Shown: positions 1 to 13,461 of the stretch, piece by piece
How the letters are laid out: each line of letters opens with the position of its first letter
Position numbering within the stretch: the stretch's first letter is position 1
Assembly (NCBI GenBank): GCA_002245135.1
Contig: NGBS01000326.1
Span: forward strand, 1-64,000
Direction of reading: 5' to 3'
From: Proteromonas lacertae
Taxonomy: Eukaryota
DNA: 64,000 nt
Made by a program: the position numbers and the translations under genes
The notes under the pieces: generated by a model
Databases searched by the model: none
What the model was told of the DNA's origin: nothing
The model's input: the letters and a program-made list of their open reading frames with translations, nothing else

Positions 1-3000
1 TAAAACATAATCATTTTCATTTGACACTTTTACATTAAACACTCCATTACCATCACCAATAGTAATATAATCATTATCTTGACATTTAACATCATATTTT
101 ATTGGAATATCACCAAATACTTTTACAGCTGGTTCAATAATCTTATCACTACTACCTATACCAACAAAATATCTATAAACATCTTTAGAATAAGAACATG
201 GCACAAATGGTAATGGTGGTTTAGTAGTTGGTATTTCTGTTTTAGATGGATCTTCAGGTGTTGTGTCTTCAGGTTCGGTGGTTGGAGCAGCGGTTGTAGG
301 GGGTAATGTACTTGGGTAAGGTTGTAGGTAATTCTCACAATATGTTCCATTTGCCATTCTATCAACATCATCTTTTTCATCAGAGTCTGTAATAAAGGAA
401 ATAACTAAATTAGATGGTATTTTGCCATTTTTCCATCCATTTACAAAGAATTTTCCAGTATCTGAGCTATAACTGACATTGAAGTAATTAATTTGATGAA
501 CATTTAATTCGTTTACATGATCTTGTTCTGGACATATATTTATATTATATGCTTTACAGTCATTTAATACTTCTTTTCCCAAATCACAAAAGCCACTATT
601 TCCTTCAACATATTCTTTAGCTTCATAGTTATTACCATATGAAGCAAATGTTATTGAAACATTATATACATTGATAGCGTATATAGTTGAATTATAGAAT
701 ATGAAATTATTATCAGTTAAATATAATGTATCAAATCCTTCACCTTTAAAATTAGTGACTTTATATAAGCACCTACTGGAATTCTATTTCTTTTACAATT
801 CGTTAAATCGCTGAATAATTGAATTGTTGCTAAATCATCACAAAATAACTATCATAAGGTGTTGATTCTATCTCTCCACTTGCATTAACAGACACTTTAA
901 AACCTTTACCTTCACCTTCACCTACTAAATCTCCCAAATCTGTTTCATTATCATTAATAAATTTTCCATTTTCACCACAATAACCACTTAAATCTTCTAT
1001 CATCTTGAAATTATCATAAAAAGATCCATCATTATCATTTTCTTAGTAAAGTTGTAAGTATATACTTTCTTTCCTACTGTATAATACATTATTGTATCAT
1101 TAATATAAGCAAGTGAATCTTCTTTATTAGTAAATCCAATTATTGATCCATCTAATATATTTTTATTGTCTAAATTACAATAATCATTATGTGAATAAAT
1201 ATTGACAGTTTTTAAAGCAGTTTCATTGTATTTGCAGTTAAAAGTCTCTTTATCTAAAGACATATACGTAATCTCAACTGTCACATTCTTATCTTTGACA
1301 ATACTCTCATTATCTTCATAGAAAACAATTTCTCTAATTTTGTGTTGATTATCATTAAGACTTTTATTGAAATGTTTATTTTCACCATCACAAAAACCTG
1401 TTCTTTCTTCAATTAATGCAACATAATAAAACATACTTCCACTTATATCACGCTTATTGTTTATTCCTTCTAATCTATAAACTGCTATTGATTCTTCACC
1501 TAAATTATCTACAATAACCATTCTATTATAAGCGAAATACATTGTATAATTTGATTCTAAACTATCACCTGAAAATTGTTTTACATATAATAATCTATTT
1601 CTCATATTCATAAATATTCCACTTAAATGATTATTAACTACATTCCTTGAAGGATTTTCAGTTTCATTACTAACAACCATACCAGAATATCCATTAGGAG
1701 ATCTTACATTCAATTGTCTAGTTGATGCATAATATTGTATTTCTGGTTTAACTAATTGAGATGCTAATTGTGGTTTAGATGTAGTATCATCACAGAAAGT
1801 TGGCTTATAATAATCACTATTTTCACAAGTACTACATATTCCTTGATTTGTATCACACATTCTGATGAATTTTGTTGGAATGTAAATTGATTTTGAATTA
1901 GTTGATTTCTTTGTTACATTATATACATAAGAATATTCGTTATGGATATAAACATAGTTGAAATCTGTTAAAATAATTGGTTTTGGTTATTTTTGATCTT
2001 TATATAAGAATTTGTATGAATATAAGTGATACTTCTACTGCCATTTGTTTATTCATTATTGTTGTAACATCTAATTTATTATCATCACTTGAAACAGTTA
2101 TATTATAATCATCAAAATCTACATCTTTATATACAATTTCTATTTTTCCAATATTATTCTAATAATAAATGATTCGTGTATTAATCCAATAGTGTTATTT
2201 GATTGTTTCCATTCTCCTGATCTATCACAAGATCCACTTAATTCTACATCCATTTTCTATTTCATAACTATTACCTTCAATACCAATTAATGGATTAACA
2301 TTCATTTTATAAACATTCGTTTTATAAAAATCATACACTACAAATCTATCTTCATTAATAAAATATACTGTGTTATCATGATAATTCTGTATTGTTAAGT
2401 AAGTGCCAAGTGGTAATCTTTTCTTTTCACAATATTCACCTTTTATATAATTATCTATTACAGTCTTTTTGCTTGGATCTGCTATTAAAATAATTCTATA
2501 ATTTTCTGGTCTTATCAATTTAATAGTCTTTGAATTAACATATTGAATATTAAATGAACTTTGAGTCAATATTTCACCAATACATCTTGTTGGATTTCCT
2601 TCATTTTCAACACATTTATAATCAGTATTACACTTCATTGATGATTTAGAAATCACATTTCCAAGTGTATAAGAATTACCTCTTCCAGATGGAGCTATGC
2701 CTTTAATCATTTCATGAACAAATACTTCATAGTTTCTAATATGAACAAATCGATTATCTGTTAAATATAACTCAGTCATATTGTCACTTGATAGTATTTG
2801 GAAATAAGTATCTGGTGGTACAAAGGATCCTTCACAATACTTTGATTCTATTGGATTTAATATCTTATTAATTGTATCTCGTTCTGATTTACCTATTGAT
2901 AATAATATTATATATGTATATATATATATATATACTTGCTTCTCTAATTTCTAGATTCTTATTCTCACCTACTAATGAATATTTCTCTTCATCAGTCACA

Positions 3001-6000
3001 GGATCATATGCATATTCAATAGTTATACTTGTTTCAGCTACAGTAGTATTATCACATCCATTTCCTTCTATACTACAATTAGCAAATCCATCACTGTTAC
3101 AACTACCTGACATGTCTATATTATATTCTTTTGTAATAGTATAAACACTTCCTTTATCTGTAGCTAAAGATTTTCTGTAACGTTAAACACATAGAAATAG
3201 TCATCTTTCATCACAATAAAATGATTCTCTGTTAAATATTTTACAGTTCCATTATCAATAATCACCAAATATTTATTATCTTGAACTGCATTCTTATCAT
3301 TACAAGCAACACCTTTCAAAATAGGTTTTATTACTTTACTTGCTTCAAATCCACCATATTCACCAGTAAGATTAACAATTGATGTGGTAATGATTGGAGC
3401 AATATCAGAAGTATTATATATTAGTTTAAATGTATCATCATTAAATGGTTTTAACTCATTAATAGTTTCATTGCATGGTGAAATTTTATTATTAACTGTA
3501 CAATTCTTTAAAATAGAATTTTCACATTTACCTGATAGTAATTGATCCATTTCACCAATTTTATATTCTGAATAAGTATTCATTTGTGTTTTTGTAATTC
3601 TAAATGCAACTATTTCTTTAGTATCATTATTCCTCTGTAATAAATAATTATCAGTAAGATAATATTCTTCTTTTCCATCTATATTCTTCAATATAATATA
3701 TATTCCATTTGGTACTGTTTTATCATTCTGATTATTACATGGTTTACCATATATTGAATCAGTTATTCTCTTCTTTTGTTCAGGTAATGTCATTAATAAT
3801 GCATCTCTTTTTCTAAATCACTTGTTAATAATAATACAGTATTATTCACTACAGCTGATATTGTTATATTGCCATTCTCTGGATATCTTTTACAAATAGA
3901 TAGATTTGGATTATCAATACAATTAGTAAATATACCATCCATACATTTACCACTAAATGATAAATCTCTTGAATATTCATCAGGTTGGATCTTATAAAAA
4001 CTTTCATCTTTATTATCTACTACTGTTTTTTCTACTTTATAAGATGCAACACTACTATCATCTTTATAAAAATACACTACTCCATTATCTCCTAATAATA
4101 TTTCGACATTATTATTATTTGCTTCAGCTTGATTGTTGAATGATATGAATGAATTTTCTGGAACTTTCTTTCCTGTGCAGAATGTTCCATATATATAACT
4201 ATATATTCCTTCTATATCTTCAGATTTAGTTAAATTGGAAATAGTAAAACCTGTTAAATCTTCTTTACCAGTTATGTTGACTATTGCATATGTAATAGAC
4301 ATTTCATCGTTATCATTTGTTGTTACATTTTGACTAATTGTTATATTCAAATTCGTTGAATTCTTTACACATTTTTCATTTTCATAATCCTTTAAACATG
4401 AAGTGAATTCTTTCTTTTCTGGATCACATGTTCCTGATCTTTCTCTAATCATATTCTCTTTAACTGAATAAATTGTACCAACCACATCACTCTCTTTTTT
4501 AGTAATAATTGAAGTAATATTATAAACTTCAATTGTGTTTGTATCTGTTACAAACACGGCAGTAATATTATCCAATAAATATATTGTATTATTTCCTTTA
4601 GAAATCTTCAATATTGAACCATTTGATACTCTTTTCTTTTCATTACAATATCTTCTCTCTAAAATATCATTTACATCCTTGTAAACTTCATTATCCTTAA
4701 GTATAGGAACAGCAGTATAACTTCTAAATGGATTATTTGTAGAAAACTTTACTTCATAATTATTTTTATCATTTTTAACTGTTATAATGAATTTATCATC
4801 ACCTTTCATACATATATTTGAACTATAATAAGAACAATAATTCATAGTTTCATCAATACATTCTCCACTTTTACTTTCAATATAATTATTAATAGTAAAC
4901 ATAGTTTGAAATGATGTAGGTGTTTTTGTTATGTTATATACTTTAACATTATTCTCATTTAATATAATCACTTCATTTTGAGTGAAATAAGTAGTAAAAT
5001 CATTATCAGATGATTGTAATTTCACATAAACTGAGGAAGGAACATAATTATAATAATTACAATTAAAGCCCATTAAATAGTCATCCATTTCAACTTTATT
5101 ATTTGTAATATCTGTTAAAGTATATTTATCTCTATCTGTGGTACATATATTCTCATTGGTATATAATCTTTTGAAACAAGTTATTGTTACATTTTCTACT
5201 ATATTTGTATCTGTATTATCTTCACATTTCTTTATACTGCCCTTAGTGGATCCTATACAACATCCAGTTAAATCTTCATATCTTGAATCATTATTATATG
5301 ATATTTTAATACCATATTCAGGTTTATATTCAACTTTAGAATCTGTGATTATTCTGTAATTATTTGATGATGAATTGATGAAAATATAATAAAATGAATT
5401 GGCATAGATTGTTACATCATTATTTGTTAATTTGTATGTATTACTTCCTGTTATTTGTTTATTACATTCTTTACCTTCAATGATTCTGTCAATCAAATGG
5501 ATTGTTGTGATATTACCATGTTCGTTTAATATTGAAGAATGAGTAAATCCTTCTGAAGTTAAAACTCCATCTTTGTATCTTACATTTATTTCATTAACCT
5601 TCTTTTCAGTAGAAGGTGGTATTATTGTTCCATTTTCACATGTTCCACTTATTCCACTCATTAATGTTCTAATAATAAAATTTGTTCCTAAGTTTCCTCT
5701 CTTTGAATCTTCTCTTGTAAGATTATATACATAATATTCATTTGCATTAACATAATGAACATAATATTTATCAGTTATATAATGTTTTTCAACTACACTT
5801 TTACTCTCAGAAATTTCATCATTATACTAATTCAAAATATTGTTTCAATTTAACATTCTCTGGATCACAATAAGTATTATTTATAAATGAATTTATATAA
5901 CTTTCATCATCACTTATCTTATTTATACTTTCAACTTTATCAAAACTACCATCATCATTTTTAACATATTCAATATTTCCATTGATATAATCATAGTATA

Positions 6001-7457
6001 AATAAATCACTACATTATCATTTTGACAAGTAATAGAACTGCAATTTTTGAAACTATTATCATTGTCACATTCACCACTCATATTATCATATCTTTTAGT
6101 TGAAATGATCTTAGTTCCTTTTATATCAGTTGTTGAAGATATTTTATAATCATAAACTGTATATTTTGAATCTCCCTTTGTATAAATCATATAATCAGAG
6201 ATGTATAAATGTTCATTTTGATTCATTGTAATGTTGATATTCATATCGATAGGATGGTAATCTTGGATTAGCACATACTTTACCTAATTTGAATTCATTA
6301 ATCATGTTTATTGTATTTATATCTATTATGCTATAAAATAATATAATTATACCTTCATCATCTATGATGTTTGCTTTATAACCTGACATATCTACTAAAC
6401 CTAATTTGCCATTTTCATATTTAATTTTGATTTCAACAATTCCTGTCTCATTTACACATTTACTTGTATCTTTTTCATCTACTGTACAATTCACTAATGT
6501 ATTATCTTTACATGATCCACTAATATCTGAATTTACACCATCTGCTTTGTATGAAGTATAATCTTTTGAACTACTGTCAATAGTAATATTATGGACATAA
6601 AAATATCCATTCATTGACACAATATACTCAGATTCAGTCAAATAGTAAATTGGATTGTCCAAAGGAGAAGTTTCTGTGTATATCATAATCATCATTTCTG
6701 TTGGTACACGAAGTCCATTACAGTAAGAACGATCTAATATCTCATTCGTTAATTTCACATCTTTTTCTGATGCAATTGAAACATTGAACTCTTTATTACA
6801 TGAATAATTACCATCAACGTTCAGTGTGATAATAGTATCATCTATAAATAGTAAAATTAAATAATAATACTGAAATCTTCGAGTTTTATATCTTCTCCAC
6901 ATAGTTTATCATCATTCTGGCAAGATGTAAATTTTTCATTGTCTGTACTATATCCATCACATTTTCCACTCAATTCTTTGGATACATTACCCAATATGTA
7001 CTTAATGTTGTTACCTAGAATAAATAAAAATATTATTCAATACCTTCAGTAATTGTTGTTACATCTACAACTATAACATTCTCATTGTAATCAATCTTTA
7101 TAAAATGTGTGTTACTGAAATATATATTGGATGTATCTACTTCTTTTGATGTAAGTTTAAATAGTTGAACATTTTCTTTTTCATTTCTATCCAAATTTCC
7201 TAACAACAACGAAATATAAACAAATATACGATCTAACAGACTTGCTGAAACATCCCCTGTAATTATTACCAACAAATAGCCTTAAATATAAAATACAAAA
7301 TTATACAAGTAAAGAGTATAATGTTTTTCATGAGAGAAATAACAATCCAACTGTTACTTGGTAATTTACCTAATTGCATGTCAGATACTTTCAAATTTTT
7401 ATCATTTTTTAATTCTTTTGGTAGAATAGGATTATCACTTTCATATTCAAAATTCAT
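1..7457 (-). CDS. Giant type II membrane/surface protein with about 16 tandem Cys-containing ~110-130 aa modules; multiple frameshifts; runs off the window start
   Basis: ATG at 7457 and a hydrophobic stretch (SWIVISLMKNIILFTCYLLVII) across a 26-nt intron (7281-7306) that restores frame. ORFs 7033-7275, 6213-6902, 5822-6274, 3793-5661, 3164-3793, 2889-3113, 2225-2779 and 1000-1860 share recurring C-N..P, Y(L/F)T(D/E)N and SG-x-C...C...C motifs. Pro/Thr-rich linker near 200-330. Several ORF junctions (e.g. ~5822, 3793) are frameshifts rather than introns. Confidence 0.7.
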
Positions 7458-7606
7458 TTAACCAGATTGGATAATTAAATTAATTATTTGACTATTCTAA
7501 GTATCATAAAATTTTGTAGATGAAAGAGTCTTTTGCTGTTTATAAAAACCATTCATTTAGTATACTCATACAAAACAAGTTATTAAACTATTAATATTAC
7601 ATATAT

Positions 7607-8476
7607 TTATGTCTCAATTTTATCATCCACAATAATGGAAGGAGGACGAAATGGTGAATATAAAAAGGATCTTTGGATGGGATTAAATGCATATTTAGCA
7701 GTACCAGTGTTCTTCTGAGCTACACTCAATCTTACTCCATAAATTCTCATACAATCAATTAAATGATCTCTCTGCTCTCCTGATATTGAATGGCTCTTAT
7801 AGAGTGAATTGACCTGTTGAATTGTGACTGACATAGAAGTCCTATCTTTACCACTTTTACACATTATCACATGACCTCCATTCAACATCGAAACAACATC
7901 AGTAAGCAATAAAAATATATTATACTCTTTAGAATGTGATGAATTAACCAGTGAAATTACTGATTACATTTCAATTAAAGAAATTTCGAAAAATTAGTGT
8001 TAAAAAAAAAGATATTAATAGTTTTTCATCAATTTCATTATCTGAACATGGTATTAATTCAGGATTACATAAATTAACCATTGAAATCAATCCCTTTTCA
8101 AAAGATCCTGCAAATGTAACACCACTTTCATTACATCCATAATTTGGACGATTTTTATATAGCATATATCTTAGTGTATATTTATTTAACAATGTCAATG
8201 CAACGTTATTGATTTCTTTCTGTAATATGCATTTTCCCTATTATAATAAACCATTTATAAAAAATAAATACTGTAATTCTTGAAATAACATCATACCCAT
8301 TGACTCCTTGGTTAAAAAACACTGGAACTAGATAAATATAATCTGATGTTAATTCATTATCATCAAAATCAGCTTGTAATATAATTGGAATTGTTATAAC
8401 ATATGTAAATACTGAACTATGGTGAATTTCTTCTTTGATTGAGATATTTGTATTATCTACTTTACTAAAACCATTC

Positions 8477-8523
<47 letters not shown>

Positions 8524-11242
8524 TAATTATAGAAATAGAAATAGCTATACTTTATCTGATTTTGTATAGATTAGCTTAAAAGCGAAAGCATTAGTACATA
8601 AATAAGTTGAATATGCATCTTCAATCATCCCATTCTCATTACCAGAACATGATAACAATGATTCAATAAAACACTATATATTTATATTTATATTTATATA
8701 TACTAAATATCCAATTGATTGATATTGCTTAACTATTTTTACATAATCTTTTGAATATAATAATTTAGACAAATGAATAGCAAAATCAGTAATTATTGTA
8801 GATAATGCTTGAGCTATAGTTTTATCTAATCTTTCTCTTATATTCCAATAATATAAATTTTCACTCTAATCACAATATATTTATATTATCATATTTATAC
8901 AATTGGTGGAATTGATAACTTTCTTAAATCTTTAACAATAGAGTTGATACCTCCATGTTCAAACTTCATTGTGTGAGCTGCTGGAATTCCACTTGTTGTA
9001 AATACTTCACATTTAATTGGAAAAACAAATGGCCAATCAGATTGAAGTATTTCTTGTGAATATTGTATCATACACAACATAATCAGAAAAGTGTAAATTG
9101 GTTGGTATAAATTGATACATTTTTTCTGTCTTTAACACACTTGGTTTGAATTTTCCATCATTAATTTTTCCTTCTTTACATACATTTTCACATATTTTAA
9201 TTGATTCTAGATGATTCTTTATTCTTTCCAATAAATACTTATTCTCTTCAATATTAGACAATAGTATATTATTAGTCTGAATAACATCACCGAATGAATC
9301 TTTTCTTATTAATTTTGAAGCTTGAACTGATGCAATTTCTATTAAACTATTCACTTCATCCATCATCCTTGTTGTGTTTGATTCTGCTATTTTCATCCAC
9401 AACAATGGAATATTAAATGATAATCTATATTATAATAAATAAATTTATATTTTACTCTGTTTCATATAAAGTTTCTTTTGAAAGTATTGGCTCATTTGAG
9501 TCATTCCATACAACATAATATTGAGTATTACAGGAAGATTTGTTTACTGAGACAAGACCCATAAAATATACCATCAATTCAATATTATTTGAGTTATGAA
9601 ATGAATATGGCTGTTTCAATTTCAATAGATCTTCTAATGCAATATCATTTGAGAATATTGTATTATTTGATTGTACTATTTTTTCATAATCATAATTTTC
9701 ACACTGGTTTACTTCTTGACCATATAAAATAAACAGAAATTGTATATTATTAACTTCAAAAGTAGTAGATGATAAAGGAATTTGGAGAGTGTATTCATGT
9801 TGATTTAACTCATATTTAAGTGCAATTGTATATTTTAGAATCTTCCGATATGGTAATGATTCAGTACAACAAACCTATAACAAAATAATAACAATTATTA
9901 TTATTATAAATATATACCAAATTTGGTTTATTGTTACTATCACTAGAATCAATTTTATATAATAACATTTTGTAAAACTTAAATCTTTTAGGTAAACTTG
10001 ATACACGAACAGCAAACGAAGCAGTATGCTTAAAGTGTTGATATGATTCAAGACTAAATGAACTTGTCTTTACATTATAACTTTTCAAATACTTCTCTTC
10101 CGTTGTATATGACTTTTTACTATTATTAATATTCCTATCGCCAGCAATAAGTGGTGTTGTTGTTGAATTATCATCTTCTTTTCTTATATCATTAATGATA
10201 TATGGTAGAGTATGTTTATTTGCCTATATTATATAATAATAGATAAATATAGATAAATATATATACGTTGTACTGTATATCTCGATATAATAAACAAAAT
10301 GATACTCCCATACAAATCATAAAATCGCTTATTGGATAATACGAAACAAAATACACAATAAATAGTTTATCATCTAAAATATTTGTTAGATTTCTATTAA
10401 TTTATATATATATATATATATATATATACAATATCTGTGAAATTGTTTTAATAATTATTCCAGCAAAACAAACACACAACCAAAGTGTATATGTCCTTAA
10501 ATCATTTATACGATACTAAAAGAGTATAAATTATGAATCTATGTATATACAATTCTGCTAATAGAAACAATATTGATGTAGAACGATGCACCTCCATATA
10601 CAGCTGCTATGAATATAGCTAATTCTAAACTTGAATAAACAATATAAAATTTTCTTACTTCACCATCTGGTGATTTCTAAGATGAAAGAAATACTACAAT
10701 TAATACTATATCAATTAAATCAGATTGGAAAAATGTGTAAATAATTTCAATTAATATGAAAACCATGAGAATATATGCAACTCTAAATCGCTTAGTATAA
10801 TAAGGATCAGTTAATCTAATAAATAAATAAGATTTATATACCTGCTCCAATAAAGAGTACATAAACATAAACACATAAATATCATTAAATCGGAACATAT
10901 AGTGAATCTTCTAGTGAAATAAACATTTATGTTTAAAATATATACAATAATAAATGATATTTTTCTTTTAAATCTGTTACTTTACTTATAAACCCATATA
11001 CAGTGGTAATAATTCGAAATGTTGAGAATATAATTACCATTAACGATGAATTGAAATTCCTAATTTGCAACATAAAAAGCACACATAATACAATTTATCA
11101 AACCTCATCTTTCCATTAAAATAGTGGTAGGTATTTATCTATTATAGTAGAATGTTTTTCATACAGTAGAAACAATAGCGACGCTTGTATAAGTAAAAAA
11201 TGATATTCCATCACACGCATAAGACTCAATTTCAGGTAGCAT
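7607..11242 (-). CDS. INPP4: 7TM (GPCR-like) domain fused to C2-like region and type I inositol polyphosphate 4-phosphatase
   Basis: Catalytic CX5R motif CKSGKDRT plus INPP4-type motifs (LSFNIP, PTNLH, TSGIPAAH..F..GG, AQAL, FIESLLS..GNENGMIED, PVFFNQGVN). Manual splicing of short introns extends the frame to ATG 11242 through seven hydrophobic segments. One apparent frameshift near 9060-9080. Confidence 0.8.
8478..8522. repeat. (AAT)n microsatellite inside an intron
   Basis: Direct reading; similar intronic tracts at 10404-10428 (TA), 28925-28963 (AAT), 58561-58586 and 58820-58842 (TA). Confidence 0.9.
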
Positions 11243-11763
11243 AATCAAAAAAACAATTTGTGAAATATATTCGTTTTAAGTGAAACGGATTAATTTTAGA
11301 AAACACAAAATTGAATGAAGTGCAGAATGAGTATATTTACTTTAGTTTAGAATTTGCATATACTATAGTCTTTTATCATATCCACATTTGTAAATGCAAC
11401 TACTGCTACACTAATCCATTCAAGATTTCTTTTGTTTTGTTTTTTCTTAATTTTTAATATTTCTCTATCTTATATAGGATTTTAATAATAACATTTTATA
11501 TTTTTATATCTTAATCTTATAGTTATTATTTGCAATAAAAAGGTGTTAGATACTTTTTTATCTTAGATGAAAAGGTAAAAAGTAAGCTTTTAATATATCT
11601 TTGTATGAAAGCATCATTACTTTGCAAAACATTCGTAAAGTACCATTTCATTATTTTTGTCAAAAATCCACTCCAGACAAAGTATATTTTGAATTATAAC
11701 ATTAAAAATGTTTAATAAAATAGATTATTACATTTGTCTAAATTTATACACTAATTATAATGA

Positions 11764-13000
11764 TTAAAACATATAGAAATTATATTCAGGAAATTGATTT
11801 TTATCAGCAATAACACCAGCACCAACGCTTATTAACTCCAAATTCCTTGAAGTATAAATTTCTGTTTGAGTTAACTTGTTTATTAGAAATCCTTTATTCA
11901 TATCTACAACTTTCTGATTTAGATAAATTATATATTGTTTCATATCCATTAAACTAAATTCTTCCAACATTTGTTTTCTTATGTACAAAATATCCATAAA
12001 ACATATTCTCAAGCATTCTATAACCCTAACAACACTCATATATTCATCATAATTTATTCCATCTAAAAAGCGGTAAGATAAAGAAATATTATCCTCTATA
12101 ACATCAATGTTATTTTTGTAGAATTTTTCATCAGTTGTGCAATCAATATTCATGTCTTCTTTCAACTTTCTCATTCTATTAAACTGAGAATATTCTTCTA
12201 ATGACATTCTTTTAACTACATATATATTCTTATCTTTCACCACTGTAAATCTAATTTCTAGTTTTTCTTTTAGAGATAAAAACACTGTATAACATCCATC
12301 CTTGATATCTTGCTTTTTTAGAGAATATAAATTATTTTTATAATATAAACCAATAATAGCTGCAATTGAATAATCAATATATTTAAAAATAAAATCTTCT
12401 TTAACTAAATTCATTTCTTGCAAAGATAGTATATCGCCTGTATATAATACTAGCATTTTGTCGTTACTCTCTTCTACCAGTTCTTTATATTTTTTCTTTA
12501 TTACATGTAATTTTTGAAGAATTGTATAATTATGAGAAACTTGAAAATCAATTTCTTTTATATAACCTTGCTTCAACTTCATTGCTACATTAATCCTATC
12601 CTCCATCATTAATATCCCAATAAAAGGATTATCAAAAGATTTTCTATTTAATATTACACTTTCTGAAAGGATTGCTTGGAAAAAAACAATCACTAATTAA
12701 TACTTTATGACCTAGTTTAGCTGTATTTTCTATATTTGCATTTTCATCACTTTGGATTATGTTATCTTGAGTTAAATAGTTCATTTGTTCTTCTGTTATT
12801 TCTCTATTAAATGATCCATCTTCATGTTCTGTTTGAAATATAGCATTATCAAAATCAGTAAAAGGTTCTAATCAACATATATATATATAAATTATTAATT
12901 AGTAATAATTTCAAAAATTTTAATTTTTATTTGAATTATTAGAAAGATATAAATTAAACATACCAATTGCACTGGATGATAAATATATACAATTACCCAT
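11764..13000 (-). CDS. Uncharacterised protein with MGNC N-terminus (candidate myristoylation/palmitoylation); paralog of 17069-18210
   Basis: First exon MGNCIYLSSSAI from ATG 13000 spliced to an acceptor at ~12870, then ORF 11764-12693. Shares DGCYT..LS.K...EIRFTVVKDK and terminal PEYN motifs with the paralog. Confidence 0.6.
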
Positions 13001-13461
13001 TGCGCTAATATTCCTAAAAGAAAATGAAAAATTACACCAAGCCAAGCTTATTTCAATTTTATTTGAATAAATATAAATTTTAAAATTTTCATTATGAGCA
13101 ACCGACACCAGCACCAATATACATTGTTTTGTATTTCTTTATAACTTCTATCCTCATATTCACAATTGTCGTAAAAGCATTATATAATATCTATATCTAG
13201 TTGCTTCATTTATTGTTACTTTTTCTTAATTGTTTCAAGAAATTATATTTTGTATATCTTTTTTAATTCAAACATCGATTTTTCTACAGCATATTGCTGA
13301 GAATGGAGGCGTTGGTAAAGTTGATGTTTTTTTCTGATTCTGATGTTGATAATAAGTAATTTAATTTTTATTTTATGTAATATTAATGATATTTTAGAGA
13401 AATTAGTTAAAATTACATGTATTACATAAATTACATAAATGAAACGACTTAATATTTTGAA

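Noticed and set aside
12920..13117. Small ORFs 12920-13117, 41806-42042 and 34126-34308 as genes
   Set aside because: They run through promoter or intron sequence and duplication junctions; only the MGNC exon from 13000 looks real.
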